Of a DNA stretch of 59,594 bases, positions 29,121 through 37,320 are shown in pieces; the stretch's first letter is position 1; every line of letters starts with the position of its first letter. The notes under the pieces are model-generated. The model did no database searches. It had not been told where the DNA came from and worked only from the letters and a program-made list of their open reading frames with translations. Source of the DNA: an uncultured Chitinophaga sp. (GTDB taxonomy: Bacteria > Planctomycetota > Phycisphaerae > Phycisphaerales > SM1A02); assembly GCA_964430235.1 (NCBI GenBank), contig CAYSFS010000001.1, forward strand, positions 1-59,594. Reading direction: 5' to 3'. Both the position numbers and the translations under genes were made by a program.

Positions 29121-29906
29121 TCAGGCCCGGCGGCGGCGGGCTCCGACGAGGCCGGCGGTCGCGAGCAGGGCCACGGCGCCCGGCGTGGGCACCGTGAGCA
29201 GGAAGGTGTCCTGGCTGACGGAACCATTGGCGCGCTTGATGGTGGCGCCGAGCTTGAGATCGATGGTCCAGCCCGAGCCCGCCACGTAGAACTGGCCGAT
29301 CATCATCCCGAACTGCCCCGCCGCCGCCGATGCGTTCGAGCTCGTGGCGCGGATCGAGGCGATGGATGCCAGGTTGCGCGCGGGCGAGGACGTGCCGCCC
29401 GGCAGGAAGAAGCCCGCGAGCGCGGGCACCGAGTTGACGTACGGGTTGGTGAACCCGCTCGAGTTCGAGGTTGCGCTGAACGCGTTGACCGTGGTGTTCT
29501 CGCTGGTGTCCGTGTCGAAGTAGGTGACGTTCCAGCTCGGGTCACCCAGCGTCGCGGACGTGCCGAAGAACGTGCCCGAGGTCGTGTTGAACGACCCGCC
29601 CGCCGACAGGAAGCTGTCGAGCGTGGTCCAGCTCTGCGAGCCCGAAGCCACCCACAGGCCCTGCGCGCCCGCACCCTGCAGGAAGCCGCCGACCGCGTTG
29701 GTGGTCACGTATCCGGCGTTCGGGGACTGCGCGTTCGAGCCGTAGACCGAGACCAGCGCGTCGGTGGAGTCGTCCACCACCGCGAAGACGTTGACGAGGG
29801 TGCCGCCGGCGACCGAGCGGACGGTCGAGGTCCAGCCCACGAAGCTCGCGTGCGCGGACGTGGCGAGGGCGGAGCAGACGAGGACGGAGGGAACGTGGAT
29901 GCGCAT
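29121..29906 (-). CDS. PEP-CTERM-type sorting-signal surface protein (paralog 1)
   Basis: ATG 29906 gives the signal peptide MRIHVPSVLVCSALATSAHA. The C-terminus VPTPGAVALLATAGLVGARRRRA has a P-x-P motif, a TM helix and an Arg cluster. The body is Ser/Thr/Gly/Asn-rich. Confidence 0.85.
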   Translation of the reverse strand: MRIHVPSVLVCSALATSAHASFVGWTSTVRSVAGGTLVNVFAVVDDSTDALVSVYGSNAQSPNAGYVTTNAVGGFLQGAGAQGLWVASGSQSWTTLDSFLSAGGSFNTTSGTFFGTSATLGDPSWNVTYFDTDTSENTTVNAFSATSNSSGFTNPYVNSVPALAGFFLPGGTSSPARNLASIASIRATSSNASAAAGQFGMMIGQFYVAGSGWTIDLKLGATIKRANGSVSQDTFLLTVPTPGAVALLATAGLVGARRRRA

Positions 29907-30080
29907 GGATGGCTCCAAGGCGGGCCTGGGCCCGCGGCGTCGAAAGGGATGTGGGATCGGGAATCGGACGGGAATCGCCCACGGGGAATGGGCGTCGGGC
30001 ATCTTGGGAAAGGTGCCCGCTCCGTCCTACACGCACACCGGGCGTCCCAGCCATCACGCGATCCGCGCGATTTCCGATGA

Positions 30081-30117
30081 ACCCGCAAAAACACACCCAC
30101 ACCATCGCTGGTGTGGG
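30081..30117 (-). terminator. intrinsic terminator downstream of PEP-CTERM paralog 2
   Basis: On the minus strand: a 9-bp stem (CCCACACCA / TGGTGTGGG), a 4-nt loop, then TGTGTTTTTG. Confidence 0.65.
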
Positions 30118-30148
30118 TGGGAGGGGCGAAGAGGTCGGTGCCGTCCGC

Positions 30149-30934
30149 TCAGGCGCGGCGGCGGCGGCCGGCCGCGAGGCCCGCGACGCCCAGGAGCGCG
30201 ACGGCGCCCGGGGCCGGCACGATGAGGGTGAAGGTGTCCTGGCTGATCGTGCCGCTGGCGCGACGGATGGTGGCGCCGAGCTTGAGGCTGAGGTTCGCCT
30301 CGGCACCGGCCACGTAGAACTGGCCGATCATCATGCCGAACATCCCGGCGGCCGCCGTGGCGTTCGAGCTGGTCGAACGAATGCCCGCGAGGCTCGCGAG
30401 GCTGCGCGCCTGCGACGAGCTGCCGCCCGGCAGGAAGAAGCCGGCCAACGCGGGGATCGTGCTGGTGTAGGGGTTGGTGAAGCCTTCGCCGTTGCTGGCC
30501 GTCGCGAACGCGTTGGCGACCTGGGTCGACTCGGTCACGGTGTTGAAGTAGGACACGTTCCAACTCGGGTCACCGCTCGTGCTGCCGTTGCCGAAGAACG
30601 TGCCGGTCGTGGTGTTGAACGCGCCGCCGACGGTCAGGAAGCTGTCGAGCGTGGTCCAGCTCTGCGAGCTGTTGGGAGCCCAAAGGCCCTGCGCACCGGC
30701 GCCCTGGATGAACCCGCCCGCGGCAGTGGTCGTGACGAAGCCCGCGTTCGGCGACTGTGCGTTCGAGCCGTAGACCGACAGGATCACGTCGTCGGAGCTG
30801 TCGACCACCGCGAAGACGTTGATGAGGGAGCCACCGGCGACCGAGCGCACGGTCGAGGTCCAGCCGACGAAGCTGGCCTGGGCGGTCGAGGCGATGGCAG
30901 TGCAAAGCAGGACGGTGGGAACAGCGATCTTCAT
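30149..30934 (-). CDS. PEP-CTERM-type sorting-signal surface protein (paralog 2)
   Basis: ATG 30934 gives MKIAVPTVLLCTAIASTAQA. The protein is 261 aa and collinear without gaps with paralog 1 (shared ASFVGWTSTVRSVAGG, VYGSNAQSPNAG, FGMMIGQFYVAG). The C-terminus is VPAPGAVALLGVAGLAAGRRRRA. Confidence 0.85.
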   Translation of the reverse strand: MKIAVPTVLLCTAIASTAQASFVGWTSTVRSVAGGSLINVFAVVDSSDDVILSVYGSNAQSPNAGFVTTTAAGGFIQGAGAQGLWAPNSSQSWTTLDSFLTVGGAFNTTTGTFFGNGSTSGDPSWNVSYFNTVTESTQVANAFATASNGEGFTNPYTSTIPALAGFFLPGGSSSQARSLASLAGIRSTSSNATAAAGMFGMMIGQFYVAGAEANLSLKLGATIRRASGTISQDTFTLIVPAPGAVALLGVAGLAAGRRRRA

Positions 30935-31120
30935 GACGGGATTCCTTGTTTTCTGAAAGGGAACGAAGGGAACAGGGGAAGGGGCGGGAGCCCGGGACAT
31001 CGCAAGGGGAAGGGAGTTCCCCTGCTGCACACGATGACGCAAGTGCCATCCCTGGGCCATCGTTCACAAAGTCAGCCTTCGGCCAAGGTTCCACGAGGGC
31101 TTCGTTCAGGAAACGAAAGC

Positions 31121-31146
31121 GGGGGCGCGCCGCGTGGCGCGCCCCC
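31121..31146 (-). terminator. terminator-like hairpin downstream of the gene ending at 31181
   Basis: 11-bp GC stem (GGGGGCGCGCC / GGCGCGCCCCC) with a 4-nt loop. It is followed on the minus strand by GCTTTCGTTTCC. Confidence 0.5.
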
Positions 31147-31180
31147 GTCTGGGGGGTCAGGAGGGGAGTCGGCCCGTCGT

Positions 31181-31837
31181 TCAGCGACGACGGCGGGTAC
31201 CGACGAGTCCGGCCGCCCCCAGGAGCGCGATGGCGCCGGGGGCAGGGATGGCGGTGCCGTTGATCGTCACGTCGTCGAAACGGAGCGTGCTCGAGGTTCC
31301 GTACGCCGACGTCGAGCGCGACGCAAGGTAGCCCGAGGTTCCCGGGGCGAACGCGGCGAGCACCCGGAAGCCGAAGTTGGCGGAGTTCGCGTACTCCGAA
31401 CCAAGCGTGACGCTGCGTGCGTACCACGTGTCACCGGTACCGCTTGCTGCCGGGGTGAAGGAGAACACCTGGATCTCGACCCAATTGGTTCCGTCGGAGG
31501 TCGCGAAGACCGCCACCGTGTTGGCGGACGTGTTGCTGTGACGCTCCTTCCAGTCGAGGGTGATGCTCTCGTAACCCGCGGTCGAGCCGCTGAACTGCAC
31601 CCCGCGGGTGCGATCCTCGGTGCCTTGCGCCGCATAGGTCGACGTGTTCAACGCGAACGTGCCGGAGCCGCCAAAACCGGTGGCGAACGTGCTTGTCGTG
31701 CCACCGACCAACGAGGCGGTGCCCGTGCCGGTCGAGGCGCTCAGCGTCTGCGCCTCGAAATTCCATTGCGTCACAACTGCAGCGCTCGCGCTTCCGGCGA
31801 CCGCCATAGCCGCGACCGTCATGATGATGCCCTTCAT
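31181..31837 (-). CDS. PEP-CTERM-type sorting-signal protein
   Basis: ATG 31837 gives MKGIIMTVAAMAVAGSASA. The C-terminus is IPAPGAIALLGAAGLVGTRRRR. The upstream part of the 533-aa ORF is non-coding read-through. Confidence 0.8.
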   Translation of the reverse strand: MKGIIMTVAAMAVAGSASAAVVTQWNFEAQTLSASTGTGTASLVGGTTSTFATGFGGSGTFALNTSTYAAQGTEDRTRGVQFSGSTAGYESITLDWKERHSNTSANTVAVFATSDGTNWVEIQVFSFTPAASGTGDTWYARSVTLGSEYANSANFGFRVLAAFAPGTSGYLASRSTSAYGTSSTLRFDDVTINGTAIPAPGAIALLGAAGLVGTRRRR

Positions 31838-31896
31838 GGCTTGGTTCCTCGTCTGTTGTCGGTTTGGAGTGAGGTTCGTTTGTGAGGAGTCTGGCG

Positions 31897-32694
31897 TCAC
31901 CGACGCCGGCGCCCACCGAGGAGTCCGGCGACGCCGAGGAGCGCGACCGCGCCCGGTGCAGGCACCACGGACACGCCGATCGACTGCATCGTGATGCCCG
32001 ATTCGAACGCGGTGGAACTCGCGAACTGCGACAGGAGGATGGCACCGACCGAGATGTCGGACACGCTGCCCGTTGCGTACCCGGCCGTCGCGTACAGACT
32101 CATGGACGAGAGGCTGTTTCCGACGTACAGGTTGATGAAGTCGTTGGCGTTTCCCGCCACCAGGTTGACTTCCGCGCGCAGCGCATAGGTTTGGCCGAAG
32201 TTCAGCACCGTGCTGCCGTAGGCGAACGGATATCCGCTCTGCCCGTTGACGCGGGTCCCGAAGACGAAGCCAGCACCCGACGATTGGGCCACCATCCGCA
32301 CATTCTGGAAGTTGCCGCCGGTGCCCGTGCCCGTGGTCGTGTTCAGCGCGGCGAAGTAAGAAGGGGCGGCACCTGCGCTCGCCACCGAGAGCACCATGTC
32401 GAAGTTCAGGATGGTGGAACCGGTGGCCGGCTGCGTGACCTGGGCGGCGAACGCCAGCATGGCGTCCTGGTTGTTTGCGGGGGTCGAGCCGTTCCCGGAC
32501 CAGCTCACGACGCCGTTGGATACCTGGATCGGTGCCGTGGACGATGTGTTGTACTGCTGCCAGCCGTTCTGCCCGACCAGGTTGCCGTTGGCGTAGGTGG
32601 AGAAGTCGGCAAAGGCCAGCACGGACGCGTGCGCCGAGACGGCTGCAGCGAGGCAGGAGAATCCGGCCGCCATGGCCATGGATCGCGTGTTCAT
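31897..32694 (-). CDS. PEP-CTERM-type sorting-signal protein
   Basis: Signal peptide MNTRSMAMAAGFSCLAAAVSAHA. The C-terminus is VPAPGAVALLGVAGLLGGRRRR. Confidence 0.8.
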   Translation of the reverse strand: MNTRSMAMAAGFSCLAAAVSAHASVLAFADFSTYANGNLVGQNGWQQYNTSSTAPIQVSNGVVSWSGNGSTPANNQDAMLAFAAQVTQPATGSTILNFDMVLSVASAGAAPSYFAALNTTTGTGTGGNFQNVRMVAQSSGAGFVFGTRVNGQSGYPFAYGSTVLNFGQTYALRAEVNLVAGNANDFINLYVGNSLSSMSLYATAGYATGSVSDISVGAILLSQFASSTAFESGITMQSIGVSVVPAPGAVALLGVAGLLGGRRRR

Positions 32695-32801
32695 GGGAAA
32701 GTCCTTCGGGGAAAAGGGACGTCAAGGAACGGATTCGGCCGGGACGGCCGGTGGTCACGCCGGGGAGGCGGCATGCCCACACCTCAGGAGACGAAAGGCG
32801 A

Positions 32802-32828
32802 CCGGTCCCCCCATCACGGGGGGACCGG
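32802..32828 (-). terminator. terminator-like hairpin downstream of the gene ending at 32865
   Basis: 11-bp stem (CCGGTCCCCCC / GGGGGGACCGG) with a 5-nt loop. It is followed on the minus strand by TCGCCTTTCGTCTCC. Confidence 0.5.
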
Positions 32829-32864
32829 CGAGTGGTGTCAAGAGTTGGTTCAGCCGACCCATGC

Positions 32865-33491
32865 TCAGCGGCGGCGGCGGGCGGCCAGGCCAGCCACGCC
32901 CAGGAGCGCGAGGGCGCCGGGGCCGGGGATGCCGATGGCGGTGCCCAGCGAGCCGACGTTCACCGGGCTGCCGGTGGTGGCGAAGGTCACCTGCGTGCCG
33001 ATGGTGCCGACGGTGCTGACGATGCCAACATTGCTCGACTGGTCGAAGTAGAAGCTGCTGCCGGTCGTGGCGGCGCCGAAGGTGGCGCGAGCCGTGGCCT
33101 CGGCACCGCCGGCGGTGAACAGCACCACACCGTCGCCGCTCGAGCTGAAGCTCACGCCCGAGCCCGAGTAGCTGCCGATCTGGACCCCCGAGAGGCCGCC
33201 CCAGAAGGTCTGGAAGCCGTCCGTCCCGCCCTCGACGAAGATCACCGTCTCACCTGCGGCGATGGACGTGATGCCGAGCAGGGCCACCGAGTTGACGAAG
33301 TTGAACGAGTTGTCGTCCATCCGGTACCCGGAGATGTCGATCGCGCTCGAGCCGTAGTTGGTGACCTCGAACCAGTCGGCGGTGCCGCCCGAGCCGGACG
33401 AGCTCATGGCCTCGGTGATGCGGAGCGACGCGCTGGCCGAGGAAGCGACGATCGCGATGGCGCCGACGGCGCACAGTGCCTGGATCTTCAT
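32865..33491 (-). CDS. lamin-tail-domain (LTD) protein with PEP-CTERM-type anchor
   Basis: ATG 33491 gives MKIQALCAVGAIAIVASSASA. An LTD-like core follows (LRITEAMSSSGSGGTADWFEVTNYGSSAIDISGYRMDD). The C-terminus is IPGPGALALLGVAGLAARRRR. Confidence 0.78.
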   Translation of the reverse strand: MKIQALCAVGAIAIVASSASASLRITEAMSSSGSGGTADWFEVTNYGSSAIDISGYRMDDNSFNFVNSVALLGITSIAAGETVIFVEGGTDGFQTFWGGLSGVQIGSYSGSGVSFSSSGDGVVLFTAGGAEATARATFGAATTGSSFYFDQSSNVGIVSTVGTIGTQVTFATTGSPVNVGSLGTAIGIPGPGALALLGVAGLAARRRR

Positions 33492-33736
33492 GATGGGAAC
33501 TCCACGGGAAAAGGGGAAGGCAAACGCCCGGAAGGGAACCGGGGCCGGAAGTATGAACGCAATCCCGTGGTTCGCACAATGAAAGGTCCATTCACATCGC
33601 ATTCAGGTTTGATTGTGCCGCCCATGAGTGGTTTCCAAACATGATTCAAACACATTGAAGAGATCCTTTGGTCAGCGATCCGCGTCATGGTGTCACCGCC
33701 ACGACCGTGAACCATCGAACCAGGAGCCGCTTCCCG

Positions 33737-35512
33737 ATGAACGCCCGCATCGCCACCGTGATCGCCTCGCTCGCCCCATGCGCGGTCGCCGCCGCGTCGA
33801 CCGAGATGATCATCAACGAATACAACTCGGTCCGGGACGATCGGTGGCTCGGTTGCGGAGAGGGGGCCGCGGGAGCGACCTGCGTCCGCGCGGGCGAGTC
33901 CTCCTCGGACACGGACCACTTCCTGGGTCGGCGCATCGGGAACGGAGGCGACTGGATCGAGTTCGTGGTCACGCAGGACCACGCGGACATCCGCGGCTGG
34001 AAGCTCCAGTGGGTCTCGACCGCCCCGAGCAGCTCGGGCCTCCCGGTGACGGACGGGACGGAGATCTGGTATCCGGGCGGCAACCTCCCGCAGGGCGAGT
34101 TCACGTTCAGCCAGGACGCGATGTGGTCCGACCTGCGGGCGGGCACCGTCATCACCGTCACCCGCGACGGAACCGCGCTCGGGGGGCTCGACACCGACCT
34201 CTCCTACGACCCGTGCCTCGGGGATTGGTGGATCAACGTCAACCTCTCGTCGGGCAACCTGATCTCGGCACGGTGGAACATCACCAACATCCCCCTGTTC
34301 CCGTCGCTCGCCACGGGCAACAAGCTGTACATCGATCACCAGAACTGGTGGGTGCAGGTGCTCCGGGCCGACGGCTCGTTCGCCATTCCGCTGATGGGCG
34401 AGAGCTCCGGCGGCACCCTCACGGGGGTCAGCAGCAACGAGGCCGCCGCGCTCCGCGAGGACCCCACGGCCGGCGTCACCACGTTCTCGAACTACATCGA
34501 CTCGAACTTCTCGTCCTTCGGCGCCCCCAACACGTGGAGGGACGTCGTGACCGGCTGCAGGGTCCGTCAGAACATGGAGGCCCTCCGCGCCCCCGTGCTC
34601 GCCGAGGAGTGCAGCCAGTGCCGGCTGCTCGCGCTGAACGAGTACAACGCAGTGAAGAGCGACCGCTACCTCGGCGGCGGGACGCTCGCGCAGGACGCGA
34701 ACAACCCCCCGGGAACCGCCTCGGACGCCCAGTTCGGGCGCGTGCTCGGCAACGGCGGCAACTGGTTCGAGCTGGTGGCGCTGAGCGACCACCTCGACAT
34801 GCGCGGCTGGACGCTGGAGTGGTCCGAGACCGGGTTCACGGGCTCGATCGTGCTCTCGAACTCCGCCGCCTGGTCTGACGTCCGGATCGGCACCGTCATC
34901 ACCTTCATCGAGCGGACGACCGCGCAAGGCGGCCTCGACACCGACCTCTCGTACGACGGCACCACCGACACGTGGGTCAACGTCAACACCTTCGACACGG
35001 CGCTGGTCATCTCGACCGCGTCCACGAAGCCGGACCACGTGTCGGGCCAGTTCACGACCTCGAACGACCGCTGGTCGCTCAGGGCGCGCGACGCCTCCGG
35101 TGCGCTCGTGATGGGGTCCATGGGCGCGGGCTTCGCGTCATACAACGGCGGCAACGTGAACGCCGAGGACGTGGGCCGGCTTCGCGCCAACCCGTTGCCC
35201 GGCACCGATGGCAACGCGTGGTTCGACGATTCCGGCTCCTCGAGCACCTTCGGCCGCCCGAACACGTGGTCCGCGTGCCCCGGCACCTCCCTCGAGACGC
35301 AGTCGTTCGCCGTGCTGCTGGCCTCCGGATGCGAGGCGCCCTCGACCGGCGGCGGGCCTGACCTCAACGGCGACGGCACGGTCGACGGCCAGGACCTGGG
35401 CATCCTGCTCGGCTCGTGGGGCGGCACCGGCGCCGCGGACCTGAACGGCGACGGCACGGTCGACGGCCAGGACCTGGGCATCCTGCTCGGCTCGTGGGGC
35501 ACCGCCGGTTGA
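33737..35512 (+). CDS. secreted protein with two LTD-like modules and two C-terminal dockerin/EF-hand-like repeats
   Basis: ATG 33737 gives MNARIATVIASLAPCAVAAAS. There are two ~290-aa modules, starting MIINEYNSV...GDWIEFVVTQDHADIRGWKLQW and LLALNEYNAV...GNWFELVALSDHLDMRGWTLEW. The C-terminus carries DLNGDGTVDGQDLGILLGSWG twice. Confidence 0.8.
   Translation: MNARIATVIASLAPCAVAAASTEMIINEYNSVRDDRWLGCGEGAAGATCVRAGESSSDTDHFLGRRIGNGGDWIEFVVTQDHADIRGWKLQWVSTAPSSSGLPVTDGTEIWYPGGNLPQGEFTFSQDAMWSDLRAGTVITVTRDGTALGGLDTDLSYDPCLGDWWINVNLSSGNLISARWNITNIPLFPSLATGNKLYIDHQNWWVQVLRADGSFAIPLMGESSGGTLTGVSSNEAAALREDPTAGVTTFSNYIDSNFSSFGAPNTWRDVVTGCRVRQNMEALRAPVLAEECSQCRLLALNEYNAVKSDRYLGGGTLAQDANNPPGTASDAQFGRVLGNGGNWFELVALSDHLDMRGWTLEWSETGFTGSIVLSNSAAWSDVRIGTVITFIERTTAQGGLDTDLSYDGTTDTWVNVNTFDTALVISTASTKPDHVSGQFTTSNDRWSLRARDASGALVMGSMGAGFASYNGGNVNAEDVGRLRANPLPGTDGNAWFDDSGSSSTFGRPNTWSACPGTSLETQSFAVLLASGCEAPSTGGGPDLNGDGTVDGQDLGILLGSWGGTGAADLNGDGTVDGQDLGILLGSWGTAG
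35360..35500 (+). repeat. 63-nt direct repeat x2 (62/63 identical) separated by 15 nt, encoding the dockerin-like repeats
   Basis: 35360-35422 and 35438-35500 differ only by CTC versus CTG. Confidence 0.95.
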
Positions 35513-35564
35513 TCCGTCCCGACGCGAACGCGCCTCCATCGCCCTTCCGCAAGGAAAAGGAACC

Positions 35565-36422
35565 ATGATGCACGACCGTCCGTCCACCCGCGCCTTCACC
35601 ATCGTGGAGTTGATGGTCACCGTCGGAATCATCGCGCTGCTCATCGGCATCCTGTTGCCCGGGCTGGGCATGGTGCGCGCCACCGCGAACGCCACCAAGA
35701 GCCAGTCGAACCTCCGCCAATGGGGCGTCGGCACCATCGCGTGGGCCGGCATCAACGAGGAGCGGCTGCCGTGGGAAGGCCTCAAGGAGGCCAGCAGCAT
35801 GAGCATCAACCTCGCCGTGCCGCAGTACTGGGCGAACGCGGTGCCGCCGATGGTCGGGCAGCGCGCGTACAAGGACATCTCCGCGGAGGCCTTCGCCGCG
35901 CAGAAGAACGTCGATCAGTTCACCGACTCGGACTCGGTGTTCATCGACCCGTCCGCGAATCCCGAGAATCCGGACCCATGGGGCTTCGGCCAGCCCGGCT
36001 CCGGCGGCGTGCGCCAGCAGTTCTATTTCAATTACGTGCCGAACAGCCAGCTCAACAACACGATGCTGCGCGACGCGAACCTGCAGGACTACTCGCCCGA
36101 CGCCTCGATGCGCCTGGCGCAGATCGCCTATTCCGACCGCACCGTGCTCATGCTCGAGATGCGCGCGAACAAGGACGAGCTTCCCAACGCGGACCCGTTC
36201 TATACCGCGGACCTGCAGCGGCACCGCAGCGACTGGAAGCGCTTCGCCGCCCGCCACTCCAAGGGCGGGCACATCATGTTCGCCGACGGCCACGTCGCGT
36301 GGGTGGGCAATGAGGAGGCCACCACCAACTCGGCGGGCAACCGCAACCCGAACCATCCGCAGGGCGACTGGAACACGAACAAGCTGATCTGGGATCCGCT
36401 CGGGCCGGCGACGGACGAGTGA
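35565..36422 (+). CDS. prepilin-type N-terminal cleavage/methylation domain protein, DUF1559 family
   Basis: The N-terminus RAFTIVELMVTVGIIALLIGILLP and the C-terminal GGHIMFADGHVAWV box are typical of planctomycetal DUF1559 proteins. Confidence 0.9.
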   Translation: MMHDRPSTRAFTIVELMVTVGIIALLIGILLPGLGMVRATANATKSQSNLRQWGVGTIAWAGINEERLPWEGLKEASSMSINLAVPQYWANAVPPMVGQRAYKDISAEAFAAQKNVDQFTDSDSVFIDPSANPENPDPWGFGQPGSGGVRQQFYFNYVPNSQLNNTMLRDANLQDYSPDASMRLAQIAYSDRTVLMLEMRANKDELPNADPFYTADLQRHRSDWKRFAARHSKGGHIMFADGHVAWVGNEEATTNSAGNRNPNHPQGDWNTNKLIWDPLGPATDE

Positions 36423-36449
36423 GGCCCGCGACGAAGCCCGCTCCCGCGG

Positions 36450-37298
36450 TCACTTCGCCGGCGCGGCGACCTTGACCTTGCCGTTCATCATGCGCCAATG
36501 GCCCGGGTACGTGCAGACGTAGGGATACGTGCCCGGCTTCGACGGCACGGCCCAATGCAGCGTGCCGGTCGTGCCGGGATCGACGAGCCCCATCGCGGCG
36601 ATGACCGACGGCAGGTCGGGCACGAACTGCCGCGCCTTGCCGGCGACGGTCTCGCCCATCGTGTCGCCGGCGACCCCGACCTCGCTCATCTTGCCTGGCA
36701 TGGTCACCAGCAGGTTGTGCTGCATGGTGTCGGGGTTCTCGAGCGTGAAGCGGATGACCTCGTTCGGCACCGCCTTCACCTCGGTGACGTCGTACTTCAT
36801 GGCGCCCGGCACGGCCTTCAGCGCCACGGTGCGCACGGAGACCTCGCGCCAGCGTTCCGGGCGCGCGTCCTTCGGCAGCGCGGCGATCGTGCGCAGCGCG
36901 GCCACGCGCCCAGGGTTGCCCTCGGCCGCCATGGCGTCGAGCCGCGCGATGGCGGCCGGGTCCTTCGCCACGGCGTCCGCCATGGCGGCAAGCAGGTCCT
37001 GGAGGTCGCGCGCCGCGCCGCACGAGCCGCCGCACGCGTCGATCGCGTCCATCACCGCCGCGTGCGCGGAGGTGCCCTTGGCCTTCGCGATCGCGGCGGC
37101 CGCGCGCGCGCGCACCTCGGGCGCCACGCCGTTCTCGGAGAGCATCCGCGCCGCGGCCGCGGCGTCGACCGCCGGGTCCTTCGCGACGAGCTCCGAAAGG
37201 TCCGCGGGCGCGGCGGGCGGGACGAGCCGTGCAGGCGGGGCGGGCGGTGCATCGGCCACGAGGATGGCCATGGTCGCCAGGACGGTCGCGGGCATCAT
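36450..37298 (-). CDS. azurin-like type-1 copper (cupredoxin) domain protein with an Ala-rich helical N-terminal region
   Basis: The C-terminal domain has a complete ligand set: His in DTMQHNL and C-x4-H-x3-M in YVCTYPGHWRMMNG. Confidence 0.78.
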   Translation of the reverse strand: MMPATVLATMAILVADAPPAPPARLVPPAAPADLSELVAKDPAVDAAAAARMLSENGVAPEVRARAAAAIAKAKGTSAHAAVMDAIDACGGSCGAARDLQDLLAAMADAVAKDPAAIARLDAMAAEGNPGRVAALRTIAALPKDARPERWREVSVRTVALKAVPGAMKYDVTEVKAVPNEVIRFTLENPDTMQHNLLVTMPGKMSEVGVAGDTMGETVAGKARQFVPDLPSVIAAMGLVDPGTTGTLHWAVPSKPGTYPYVCTYPGHWRMMNGKVKVAAPAK

Positions 37299-37320
37299 GG
37301 CCCGAGCGTACCGATCGACG

